35,639 nt of DNA, taken from a virus. Its lineage: Duplodnaviria; Caudoviricetes. The DNA is taken from positions 1 to 35,639 of the IMG/VR virus record IMGVR_UViG_3300028676_000015; one strand, given 5' to 3'. Of this stretch, positions 18,874-27,828 are shown piece after piece (position 1 is the stretch's first letter; each line of letters starts with the position of its first letter). The notes beneath the pieces are model-generated. The model worked only from the letters and a program-made list of their open reading frames with translations. It ran no database searches and had not been told where the DNA came from. The translations under genes and the position numbers were made by a program.

Positions 18874-20311
18874 AATATCGAACGAGCTATTGACGGCTGT
18901 TGAACGAGAGGCTTGTCAAAACTCGTTCTTTGAATTTGTGCAAAGCTTTTGGTCTGTAGTTATCAAAGAAGTACCGCAATACAATTGGCATATCCCTTAT
19001 TTGTGTGAGGAGTTGCAGAAATTATCTGTGTCAATTGTAAATAGAGACAAAAAGCCTTATGACTTAATCATAAACATCCCGCCGGGCACCACAAAATCGA
19101 CAATTGTAACGATCATGTTTCCGGCTTGGTTATGGACGCAAGACCCAACTCTTAGAATAATTACAAATAGTTATTCGGCGGAATTAAGCACGGAGCACGC
19201 AGTTAAAAGCCGTGATATTATTCAGTCAGACAAATATAAATCACTTTTTCCAGAAGTAGTTATCAGGCGTGATAAGTCAGGAAAAGAAAACTATGAAAAC
19301 ACAGCAACCGGGGCGCGTTACACGACATCAACAGGTGGAACGATCACCGGTAAACATGCGCATGTGATTATTAATGATGACCCGCTGAATCCAAAGCAGG
19401 CAGCATCTGATGTACAAAGAAAGGAAGCGAACGAACATACAAAAACGCTATCCTCTCGTAAGGTAGATAAATCAAAAACGCCTACGATAACCATCATGCA
19501 GCGATTGCACGAAAGTGATGTTACTGGTTACCTTATAGCCAAAAAAGGCGAGAATATCCGCCATATCTGCCTACCTGCTGAAAGTAACGGAGATGTGAGA
19601 CCCGAGTCACTCCGGGATAATTACATAAATGGACTACTTGACCCGGTTCGTTTGAGTCGCGAGGTATTGGATGAGGCTTTGGTTGATTTGGGTTCGCGTG
19701 GTTACGCTGGGCAATATGGTCAATCTCCCGTTGCAGATGGCGGAAATATTATTAAAAATGAATGGTTTCAATACATTAGCCGGGCGGATTTTGAACGGCT
19801 TCGCGAACTTGAACCGATTGTATTCTTTGCTGATACGGCATTCACAGATAAGAAAAAGGAAAACGACCCTACTGGTATTATTGGGACGTGTAGAATCGGT
19901 TCATCCGTTTACGTTACAGGGGCAATTAAGGTTTTCAAGAAGTTCCCGGATTTAATAAGGTTCTTGCCTAAATGGTGCTTAGCAAGCGGATACACAAATA
20001 ACAGTACTATAAGAATTGAGCCAAAAGCAAACGGAATTTCTGTCATTGATCAATTACGGGAAAGCACAAGATTGAACATAACAAGAACTACAACCCCAAA
20101 CAATAGCAAAAAGGAACGGCTAGAGGTTTCATCTCCTACAATTGAATGTGGGCGTGTATATTTGGTTGTAGATAATTGGAATGAGGAGTTTGTAGACGAA
20201 ATATGCGGATTCCCAAATAAAACACACGATGAATATGTAGATTTAATTTCGTATGCAATTGAATATCATTTAAATACAACAACAGCACAAGAGCTCTCAA
20301 ACTTTTTTTAA
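18857..20311 (+). CDS. terL: Terminase large subunit
   Basis: NIPPGTTKS, IINDDP, IMQRLHE, FADTA and HDEYVD motifs. Confidence 0.93.
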   Translation: MSNTIEISNELLTAVEREACQNSFFEFVQSFWSVVIKEVPQYNWHIPYLCEELQKLSVSIVNRDKKPYDLIINIPPGTTKSTIVTIMFPAWLWTQDPTLRIITNSYSAELSTEHAVKSRDIIQSDKYKSLFPEVVIRRDKSGKENYENTATGARYTTSTGGTITGKHAHVIINDDPLNPKQAASDVQRKEANEHTKTLSSRKVDKSKTPTITIMQRLHESDVTGYLIAKKGENIRHICLPAESNGDVRPESLRDNYINGLLDPVRLSREVLDEALVDLGSRGYAGQYGQSPVADGGNIIKNEWFQYISRADFERLRELEPIVFFADTAFTDKKKENDPTGIIGTCRIGSSVYVTGAIKVFKKFPDLIRFLPKWCLASGYTNNSTIRIEPKANGISVIDQLRESTRLNITRTTTPNNSKKERLEVSSPTIECGRVYLVVDNWNEEFVDEICGFPNKTHDEYVDLISYAIEYHLNTTTAQELSNFF

Positions 20312-20324
20312 ATATTATAATAAT

Positions 20325-21755
20325 ATGAAAATAACCGAGTTACTAAAAATAAATGCCGGAGACGACCCAACCGCTCCTATTGTTTTTAATATTCAGGAAG
20401 TAATAACTGAATTGGAAATGCACCGAGGCTATCCAAAACCAGACATGGCACAAAACAAAAAGGAATATCTAGTTAAAAAGCATGATGTTTTAGACCCAAC
20501 AAAACGCCCTGACAAATTGGTTGAAGTAGAGGGAGGAGGTAAACGAACTGAACGCGTTAATCGATTAGCTTTTCCGTTGCAAAAAATTATTGTTGGTAAG
20601 GCTGTTCAGTTCCTTTTTGGAAATCCAGTTAAACTTAATTGTCAGGCTGTTACAGATAAAGAAAAAGCTGTTTTGACAGCCGTTGACCGTATCTTATACG
20701 ATAACAAAATAGATAGTTTTAACCGTAAAATTGCTCGGGCAATGTTCCGTTGTTCGGAGGTTGCCGAATATTGGTACTCAGAAAAAGCGGAAACGCATTC
20801 TGATTATGGTTTCCCGTGTCAGTTTCGTATTAAAGTAGCTATTTTCAATCCGTGGTGGGATGAATTACTATTTCCGTGGCTTGATGAACATTGGCAAATG
20901 AAAGCATTTAGTCGTGATTTTGTTTACCATAAAAGCGATACAATGAAAGTACGTTGCTTTGAGGTTCACACGGACGAAGAAAGTATGTTTTTTCAATTCA
21001 ACAACAATATTTGGGAACAAGTAGATAATACCCCTATAATTATTGGGAAAATTCCTGTTGTTTATGGAAGGCAAGAAGAGGTAGAATGGGCGGAAGTTCA
21101 ACCATGTATTGAAAGACTTGAATACCTACTCTCCAATTTCGCCGACACAAATGACTATCATTCGTCACCTAAAATTTTCATACAAGGTAAAATAGTAGGA
21201 TTCAGCAAAAAAGGGGAAGCTGGTGCAATATTAGAGGGCGAAAAAGACTCAACTGCTCAATACCTATCTTGGCAAGATGCTCCGGCGGCAGTTAAACTCG
21301 AAATCGAAACACTCTTACGATTTATTTACTCATTTACCCAAACGCCTGATGTGTCGTTTGACAGTGTGAAAGGGCTACAGGCTATTAGCGGGGAAGCACT
21401 TAAGATGTTGTTTATGGACGCACATTTAAAAGTTCAGGAGAAACTAGAAGTATTTGACGAATACCTACAACGCCGTATCAACATCGTAAAGGCTTTTGTT
21501 GGAAAGTTGAATACTGGTCTTGCAGAAGAAGCATCATTTCTGCGTATAACGCCAGAAGTAGAACCTTACATGATTGATGATGAGAATAATGTAATCAAAA
21601 ATCTTGTGGCTGCAAATGGAAATAAGCCAATTATTAGCCAACAGGCATCTGTAGTCAAATCAGGGTTGACAGACGACCCAGAAGCTGATTGGAAAAAGAT
21701 TCAAGAGGAAGCACAAGCCGATAATGTTACAAATATCTTTGGGACAGGAAACTAA
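20325..21755 (+). CDS. SPP1-type portal protein
   Basis: KAVQFLFGNP, GKIPVV, LSNFAD, QTPD and ISGEALK motifs; position after TerL. Confidence 0.92.
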   Translation: MKITELLKINAGDDPTAPIVFNIQEVITELEMHRGYPKPDMAQNKKEYLVKKHDVLDPTKRPDKLVEVEGGGKRTERVNRLAFPLQKIIVGKAVQFLFGNPVKLNCQAVTDKEKAVLTAVDRILYDNKIDSFNRKIARAMFRCSEVAEYWYSEKAETHSDYGFPCQFRIKVAIFNPWWDELLFPWLDEHWQMKAFSRDFVYHKSDTMKVRCFEVHTDEESMFFQFNNNIWEQVDNTPIIIGKIPVVYGRQEEVEWAEVQPCIERLEYLLSNFADTNDYHSSPKIFIQGKIVGFSKKGEAGAILEGEKDSTAQYLSWQDAPAAVKLEIETLLRFIYSFTQTPDVSFDSVKGLQAISGEALKMLFMDAHLKVQEKLEVFDEYLQRRINIVKAFVGKLNTGLAEEASFLRITPEVEPYMIDDENNVIKNLVAANGNKPIISQQASVVKSGLTDDPEADWKKIQEEAQADNVTNIFGTGN

Positions 21756-21765
21756 ATAGATTGAT

Positions 21766-22155
21766 ATGTTTATACAAGAAAAAATAGATAAAGCACTACA
21801 ATCCATTAACCCGGAATATATTGCGCATTATAGTGTAGATTCATGGGGGTCATCCATTCTTCTAATGAAAAAAGATGGTAATGCGTTTGGTCGAATTTAT
21901 TGGTACAATGACGATGATAAAACTGTATATCTTGATTTCCTAAGCGTGGATGACCATGCTAGGAAAAACGGTTTTGGAACAAAAATGCAGGAGATTAGAG
22001 AGGATATTGGGCGTATTTTAGGCGCAAATACTTCATGTTTATATGTCGTTGCTGATTCATGGATGTATAATTGGTATAAACGCCGGGGGTATGTAGATTG
22101 TACTGAACATGGAGATGATAATTTAATCTGGATGGAAAAACCATTAAACGAATAA
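21766..22155 (+). CDS. GNAT-family acetyltransferase
   Basis: Acetyl-CoA motif A LSVDDHARKNGFGT and motif B NWYKRRGY. Confidence 0.85.
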   Translation: MFIQEKIDKALQSINPEYIAHYSVDSWGSSILLMKKDGNAFGRIYWYNDDDKTVYLDFLSVDDHARKNGFGTKMQEIREDIGRILGANTSCLYVVADSWMYNWYKRRGYVDCTEHGDDNLIWMEKPLNE

Positions 22156-22164
22156 CCAATTATT

Positions 22165-23979
22165 ATGGATAGTTGGGGGATTGAAAATCAGAAAATTGTA
22201 CAAGCCTATATAAATAAGCTATCTGCTATTTATGACAGAGCAATTAAACAGGGTGTCAATATTGGTTATTCGGTGACGAACATCAATACTGACAAGCCAT
22301 TTTCATTTTCTGATTATCCGGGTGCCAAAAAGAAGGCTGATAATTTGTTTTCTAAAGTAGCTTATGAAATACAGTCTTTAATTAGTGGGGGAGCGGAATC
22401 CGCTTGGCTTCTATCTGGGCAAAAAAATGATGCACTCGTTGAAAAGGTTTTTAAAAACTCGGGACTAACAAAAGAACAACTATCTGGTTATTTTGATCGG
22501 AACCTCGACGCTTTAGGTTCATTTCAAAATCGTGTTGATGGTGGAATGAAGCTATCAGACCGGGTTTGGAATTATACCGATCAATTTAAAAATGAAATTG
22601 AACTTTCAATTGGAGTTGGTATAGGTGATGGTAGATCGGCAAATGAATTAAGCCAAGACGTTAGGCAGTATCTAAACAATCCAGACAAGTTATTTAGACG
22701 GGTTAGAGATGAACACGGAGAACTACAGTTATCAAAAGCAGCTAAAGCCTATCACCCAGGGCAGGGAGTTTACCGATCAAGTTACAAGAATGCCGTTCGT
22801 TTAGCGCGTACGGAAATAAACATGTCGTATCATGTGGCAGACAACGAACGCTGGTCGCAATTTGATTTCGTGTCAGGGTACGAGGTTGTTTTGTCCAACG
22901 GGCATCCGCAAGAGGATATTTGCGACGTTCTACAGGGCGTTTACCCGAAAACATTTGTATTTTGGGGTTGGCATGCGCAATGCCTGTGCCATACAATACC
23001 AATATTATCGCCTCAACAGGAATTTGCGTCACAGATCGCAAAAATGCTAAAAGGGGAAGATACATCCGGTTATGTGCCGTCGAACTTAGTTACAGATTTG
23101 CCAAGCAATTTTAAGCAGTGGGCTATTGATAATGAATCAAGAATGCAGAATGCAAAATCGCTGCCGTATTTCATCAAAAATAACTTTAAAGGTGTAGATG
23201 TATCGAAATGGTTTGGAAGTGCCGCAAAACAGGCTGAAAATGTCCCTGTTTATAGTGAAAGCAGACTCTCAAATGCTCTAAATTTTGATAATGTACAGAA
23301 TGCAGATGATTATTTCCGCGAAAAGTGTGGTCAACTCTGGAATAAAATTACTGACGACCAAAAAGACTCTTTATTTTATTACACCTCAGGCAGCGGCGCG
23401 TTCAATAGACCACTTCGGGGATATGATGGCAATTGGAATAATTTTAAAGGTGTTGGAAATGTTCCATTTGACAACGAAGTTACCGGGATTGACATGAAGC
23501 GTGCTTACAAAGATTTGTCTACGGCTATTTCAAAATCAAAACTAAAGGCAGATACATGGTTATTCCGTGGTACCGATTATCAGAGTTTAGACGGAATGTT
23601 TAATATAAACATACAGGACTACATAGATGACAAAACTAAAGACATCAAAGAGTTGATTGGTAAAAAAGGTGTTGATGAAGCATTTTTGTCTACTACCTCA
23701 ATGAATGGTTCTAATTATGGGTTCAATGGTGCCGTAAAAATTGAAGTATTTGCGCCTAAAGGTTCAGAAGCTATGTATTGCGAGCCATTTAGTGACTTTG
23801 GAAATGGTGCGGGTAGGTCTTGGGATGGTGCGTCAAAGCAAAATACATTTGGTAGCGAATTTGAGACAATTATAAACCGAGGATACGAATATCAAATAAT
23901 AGATATTGAACGTGTTGGTAATTATGATTTCAAGGTTAAAGTTCAACTATTATCAAGAAACAAAAGGGTGATAAAATAA
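22165..23979 (+). CDS. MuF/SPP1 gp7-like minor head protein fused to a C-terminal VIP2/ExoS-like ADP-ribosyltransferase
   Basis: MuF region: RLARTE (~aa212), DICD, GWHAQCLC. ART region: YYT-GS-AFNRPLRG, LFRG (R468), FLSTTS (S509), SEFET (E565-x-E567). Confidence 0.88.
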   Translation: MDSWGIENQKIVQAYINKLSAIYDRAIKQGVNIGYSVTNINTDKPFSFSDYPGAKKKADNLFSKVAYEIQSLISGGAESAWLLSGQKNDALVEKVFKNSGLTKEQLSGYFDRNLDALGSFQNRVDGGMKLSDRVWNYTDQFKNEIELSIGVGIGDGRSANELSQDVRQYLNNPDKLFRRVRDEHGELQLSKAAKAYHPGQGVYRSSYKNAVRLARTEINMSYHVADNERWSQFDFVSGYEVVLSNGHPQEDICDVLQGVYPKTFVFWGWHAQCLCHTIPILSPQQEFASQIAKMLKGEDTSGYVPSNLVTDLPSNFKQWAIDNESRMQNAKSLPYFIKNNFKGVDVSKWFGSAAKQAENVPVYSESRLSNALNFDNVQNADDYFREKCGQLWNKITDDQKDSLFYYTSGSGAFNRPLRGYDGNWNNFKGVGNVPFDNEVTGIDMKRAYKDLSTAISKSKLKADTWLFRGTDYQSLDGMFNINIQDYIDDKTKDIKELIGKKGVDEAFLSTTSMNGSNYGFNGAVKIEVFAPKGSEAMYCEPFSDFGNGAGRSWDGASKQNTFGSEFETIINRGYEYQIIDIERVGNYDFKVKVQLLSRNKRVIK

Positions 23980-23992
23980 ATTATCACCCTTT
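23963..23992. terminator. Hairpin shared by convergent genes, probably a bidirectional terminator
   Basis: AAAGGGTGATAA-aataaa-TTATCACCCTTT, a 12-bp stem whose loop contains the MuF-ART stop codon. Confidence 0.7.
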
Positions 23993-23995
23993 ATG

Positions 23996-24277
23996 CTATT
24001 TTTTGTAATACATTTTTGAAGCTGTATTGTAATCAATACCCCACTTTGACGGTATTTGGTCAGACAACATCCAATCCAACCATTTTTTGAATTTCAATTC
24101 TTTGGTCGTATCATCTTTGCCAATTTTCAGCATCTTTTCATTTAGTGTTCCGTCTGTATATTTTCTTTCAAAAACACTTTCGTAAAACCAAAACATGCCT
24201 GAATTCTGATCTTTATCATTAAATGGATTGTCTTTCTCTCCCTTGTAGTATCTATATAGTTCGTAATTCGTTGCCAT
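23996..24277 (-). CDS. Small aromatic-rich protein (YRYYKGE-DNPF), candidate ART/ARH partner
   Basis: Overlaps the ARH 3' end. ATG at 24277, with an alternative at 24301. Confidence 0.7.
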   Translation of the reverse strand: MATNYELYRYYKGEKDNPFNDKDQNSGMFWFYESVFERKYTDGTLNEKMLKIGKDDTTKELKFKKWLDWMLSDQIPSKWGIDYNTASKMYYKK

Positions 24278-25064
24278 AATTGAATGTGTTTTTAAATTCA
24301 TTTATCACTTTTATCATTTCCTCCGGCAAGTAAGACAAAGCCTTTCTTTCTATTTCCTCGGGTATACCGTATGCAGCCTCAGCTAAACTACCGGTGATTG
24401 CTGCAATCGTGTCGCTGTCTCCTCCAATGCTAACAGCCAATCGTATTGCACTTTCAAAGTCAGTACTTTCTAATAGGCATTGAAATGCTTGCGGTACGGT
24501 TACTTGGCACGTTTCGTCAAACTTATTTGTATCACGCATAAACTCACAAGAGCCGGGGAATTTATAGTCAAATGTTTTAAAAACATACATGCATGTAAAC
24601 TCTACATTATTCCCACGTCGCAGCATTGAGATTGCATGAGATATACTTCTAGCCCCTTTTACTCCCTCCGGGTGGTCGTGGCTTATTTCAGCCGACAATT
24701 TCGCATAATCAACAATATCTATTACCTTGTCAAAAGCCCACGCAACGGGGCTGACACGCATTGCAGAGCCGTTCCCAAAGCTGTCATATCCTCCGATTGT
24801 TTCCTCCCAAATCCAATGCCCAAAATTCCCTCCGTAACCGCCTACCGGGTTTGGGTATTTGCGACACCAACGACGCGTAATTTTTGTTAGCTGTTCGCAG
24901 TCCAAACGCTTCACATCTTGCAACAACCAATCAGCAACTGCAACCGTGCAAATCGTGTCGTCTGTAAACGAGCAATCCGGGTGAAACAATTCAAATTCTG
25001 TTGAACGGTGGTTGTTGAACTCAAAACGCGAACCTACTATGTCGCCTATTATTGCTCCTATCAT
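24252..25064 (-). CDS. ADP-ribosylglycohydrolase (DraG/ARH family)
   Basis: GAIIGDIVG, FTDDT, GNGSAMRVSP, SHDHPEG and GGDSDTIAAITG; the metal-binding Asp residues are intact. Confidence 0.95.
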   Translation of the reverse strand: MIGAIIGDIVGSRFEFNNHRSTEFELFHPDCSFTDDTICTVAVADWLLQDVKRLDCEQLTKITRRWCRKYPNPVGGYGGNFGHWIWEETIGGYDSFGNGSAMRVSPVAWAFDKVIDIVDYAKLSAEISHDHPEGVKGARSISHAISMLRRGNNVEFTCMYVFKTFDYKFPGSCEFMRDTNKFDETCQVTVPQAFQCLLESTDFESAIRLAVSIGGDSDTIAAITGSLAEAAYGIPEEIERKALSYLPEEMIKVINEFKNTFNYGNELRTI

Positions 25065-25303
25065 TTGTTTTTCCTCCCTTGTCCTCTATTGGTTTGTTTT
25101 CTGGTTAAATTGTGCAACGATATTTCGCACTTTGGGCTAATGTACGGGGTTCCTTTTGATACCCCCACATTCCATAGATTAGATACTTTACAACCGATCT
25201 GATCGGCAGTGAAAGTGTCGTATATTGCTTTTAAAGAACCGAAATAGTGCTCTATTTCTCCATTTGTTGGCTCTTTGAATTTCACTTTATATATATTGCT
25301 CAT
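25061..25303 (-). CDS. Small basic protein coupled to ARH, possibly DNA-binding
   Basis: ATGA overlap with ARH; YFGSLKAIY motif and a basic tail. Confidence 0.6.
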   Translation of the reverse strand: MSNIYKVKFKEPTNGEIEHYFGSLKAIYDTFTADQIGCKVSNLWNVGVSKGTPYISPKCEISLHNLTRKQTNRGQGRKNK

Positions 25304-25326
25304 AATTCAAATATAAGTATGGTTTT

Positions 25327-25482
25327 TTAACTAGCTTTTTCACGAATAAATTCTTCAACTTTATCCCAGTATTTTTCCTCTTCTAAAGTATCAGTATTAT
25401 TCCATTCATCAAAACATTGTCGGATTGCACCATCATATCCAAGTTTCTCAATTAACTCTTCTGCTTTTTGTTCTGGTGTCAT
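25327..25482 (-). CDS. 51-aa hypothetical protein (not in the ORF track)
   Basis: MTPEQKAEELIEKLGYDGAIRQCFDEWNNTDTLEEEKYWDKVEEFIREKAS. Confidence 0.55.
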   Translation of the reverse strand: MTPEQKAEELIEKLGYDGAIRQCFDEWNNTDTLEEEKYWDKVEEFIREKAS

Positions 25483-25499
25483 GATTCATATAGTTTATA

Positions 25500-25529
25500 C
25501 AAAAATACTACATATTTATCAGATGTAGT
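25500..25529 (-). promoter_or_regulatory. Internal promoter with a palindrome upstream of the ARH sub-operon
   Basis: Minus-strand TATTTTTG (25500-25507) next to ACTACAT-N9-ATGTAGT (25507-25529). Confidence 0.45.
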
Positions 25530-25570
25530 GTTATTTGTGTGTTATATTTAATATAGTTCATTTTGATGGC

Positions 25571-25945
25571 TTATTTGTACGGATTTTCTGAAAGCGTGTT
25601 AACGTCTATTGCTTCGCCCTTTTCGATTAATCCAGCAATATCAAAATTTTGATCAATTAGATATTTTACTAATCCGAACCTTACATTCTCAATAATATTG
25701 CATTTATCGATAACGTCTTGTATTGCTATTTCATCGGTAATGTCTAAGCCTAGTTTTTCATAATCAGAGAGCGGGTAAAGAATAGGTTTTAAATCAAATA
25801 CTCCTCCATCAGAATATATTTCGTAATCAAACCCATCAATTATATGAATTCCGCTTTCTTTACATAATTCTTCTGTATCGTAAAAAATCCTATTACAAAT
25901 TAGTCCAGAAGGCAAACTCATTGTCAAAAACTCTTGTTTTGTCAT
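25571..25945 (-). CDS. Hypothetical phage protein
   Basis: KPILYPLSD...FDIAGLIEKGEAID pattern. Confidence 0.65.
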   Translation of the reverse strand: MTKQEFLTMSLPSGLICNRIFYDTEELCKESGIHIIDGFDYEIYSDGGVFDLKPILYPLSDYEKLGLDITDEIAIQDVIDKCNIIENVRFGLVKYLIDQNFDIAGLIEKGEAIDVNTLSENPYK

Positions 25946-25949
25946 AATC

Positions 25950-26147
25950 TTATTTTCTAGTTAACTCTGTGTTGATTAATTTGTTTTGCTGATTTGTGTT
26001 GTATCCGTGATTCCAACTATACCACTCGTTTGTATTTTTCAAATATGGATTATCGTCTGATTCTTTAGCTCTGAATCCATTATTAAATGATTTAGCATCA
26101 TGTTTACAAAACAACCACAATACCGTTTCTGATTTACGCCTTTTCAT
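25950..26147 (-). CDS. Small protein with an Rmf-like motif
   Basis: FNNGFRA...NPY...WYSWNHGY, compared with the RMF G-Y-x-A...CPY...W-x-x-GW pattern. Confidence 0.45.
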   Translation of the reverse strand: MKRRKSETVLWLFCKHDAKSFNNGFRAKESDDNPYLKNTNEWYSWNHGYNTNQQNKLINTELTRK

Positions 26148-26150
26148 TAT

Positions 26151-26567
26151 TCAATACTCCTCTTTTATATCTGTTACACGTTTCAAATGTCCGGGGCATC
26201 CTTTGCCAAAGTAATCAAATTCGGGGCATTCATCAAGCCCACACATCGGCAACACTGTCCATCCTTTTGATAGACATTCTGCAAGGTATTCTCGACACTG
26301 CTTATCGCTCATTGGCTTTCCATCGTCGTCAGTCATTAACCCTACCATTTTACGCCGTTTGTAGTTGTTCAAAAATCCTTGAATATCTACGCCCATGTGA
26401 CGGATATTACTGTAACTTTTACCGGGCAAACGCTCCTCGCTATCTATCTCTGTTACTTCAAAAGTAAATAGTCCTTCTTTGCACTCTGGGCAAAAATAAG
26501 GGGCTTCAATCGGGTTTTCAACCTCGGTGCAAACCGTCCCGCAATGGTTACAAATTCTTACTATCAT
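26151..26567 (-). CDS. Zn-ribbon-containing protein
   Basis: CNHC...CPEC at the N-terminus and a C-terminal C...C...CPGH cluster. Confidence 0.65.
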   Translation of the reverse strand: MIVRICNHCGTVCTEVENPIEAPYFCPECKEGLFTFEVTEIDSEERLPGKSYSNIRHMGVDIQGFLNNYKRRKMVGLMTDDDGKPMSDKQCREYLAECLSKGWTVLPMCGLDECPEFDYFGKGCPGHLKRVTDIKEEY

Positions 26568-26575
26568 TATTCTGT

Positions 26576-27826
26576 TTAATTATAAAGTTTGTCATACTCA
26601 TAGTCCCAATTGTCGCGCAAACCTATGCGGTGACCGAATGCGTTGTAACACATTTCGATATGTTCCTTTGTCGGGATGTACCTACCGTCTGGCTGTAGTT
26701 TGTAACCTTCGTTAATATATGAAGCAAGTTCATTCATTTCTACAGGTATTACTTCGTATGCAAATAAAGTGACTTCACCTTGTTTTGTTTGATAACGAAG
26801 CCGTGGAACACCGTACCATTTTTCATCGCATACAATTGTCGCACGCCCAATTTCTCCGGGAAATAAAGTAATCCCTATAGACGGTGCTTTTGTTATCATA
26901 AAATAAGCCTCTATATCGTTTTTAAATGCTGCAACCATACGGGAAACTCTTTCCTCTGTAAGTTCATCAATTGTTTTATCTGAATGCAAATCAATTCGTT
27001 CATGGAATTCTAAAAGATGTTCTCTCACAATACCCCACGAACGTACATTTTGGAACCTTAATTCACCGGTCAAAGGGCGTAACTTTTCTGTGCCATCATC
27101 ATATTTGCACAATAAATGCCATCCCGATTTATTTCTACCAAATGTCTGTTGTCTAATTTCTGTTATTTCGTAACTTTCATCGAATAATAGATTTGCTTTA
27201 ATTGTCTGTTCGACATCACCAGCATTAATGCATAATTCTGCGAGATGTTTATATTCGATTGCGTACTTATCATAAAGCAAATCTCCACGCATACCATCCG
27301 CGAACGGAATAGTTACTTGACAAGGTAACGGAAAGTCAACCTTTTCACCAAAAGACATATTTTCAACAATATATACCGGTGCTGTTTTACATTTCTCAGA
27401 AAAGAATTTAGCTGTTCTTATTACATCCGATAGTGATAGCTTGTTTGGCTGTGTAACAAGAAAAATAGTACTGATTTTCATTAACTCCATGATCTCAATA
27501 TGCACATCCGTAATCGATGGGGGTGTATCAATTAATACTACATCAGGAGCAACATTTTTGTATAGTTGGATAGCATCGTTTATAAATTTTCGAACCATAC
27601 TTTTCTCAAAATAAATAAGGTTGTCAAAAATATGTCCTGTCGAATGCACCCAAAGATTTTCTTCCGGGTGCGGATTTGGGTAAATTACAGACATTGAAGG
27701 TGTATTTATATCCCCGTCGATTATAAGTACTTTTTTACCTATTTCCTGCAAAGCACGGGCGATGTTGACAGTTGTCGTTGTTTTACCTACACCACCTTTA
27801 CCTGAATAAATTAAAATCGTTTTCAT
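26576..27826 (-). CDS. Mrp/MinD/ParA-family P-loop ATPase with an unknown C-terminal domain
   Basis: Deviant Walker A SGKGGVGKTT, DGDINTPS, IDTPP and VENMS. Confidence 0.85.
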   Translation of the reverse strand: MKTILIYSGKGGVGKTTTTVNIARALQEIGKKVLIIDGDINTPSMSVIYPNPHPEENLWVHSTGHIFDNLIYFEKSMVRKFINDAIQLYKNVAPDVVLIDTPPSITDVHIEIMELMKISTIFLVTQPNKLSLSDVIRTAKFFSEKCKTAPVYIVENMSFGEKVDFPLPCQVTIPFADGMRGDLLYDKYAIEYKHLAELCINAGDVEQTIKANLLFDESYEITEIRQQTFGRNKSGWHLLCKYDDGTEKLRPLTGELRFQNVRSWGIVREHLLEFHERIDLHSDKTIDELTEERVSRMVAAFKNDIEAYFMITKAPSIGITLFPGEIGRATIVCDEKWYGVPRLRYQTKQGEVTLFAYEVIPVEMNELASYINEGYKLQPDGRYIPTKEHIEMCYNAFGHRIGLRDNWDYEYDKLYN

Positions 27827-27828
27827 GA

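Noticed and set aside
24252-24301. Programmed frameshift fusing ARH to the downstream ORF
   Set aside because: It would need a +1 shift, there is no canonical in-frame slippery site, and the downstream ORF has its own ATG.
17606-27826. ParA-ParB partition system
   Set aside because: The genes are about 8 kb apart on opposite strands, the ParB-like gene is the common terminase-adjacent type, and the ATPase looks Mrp-like.
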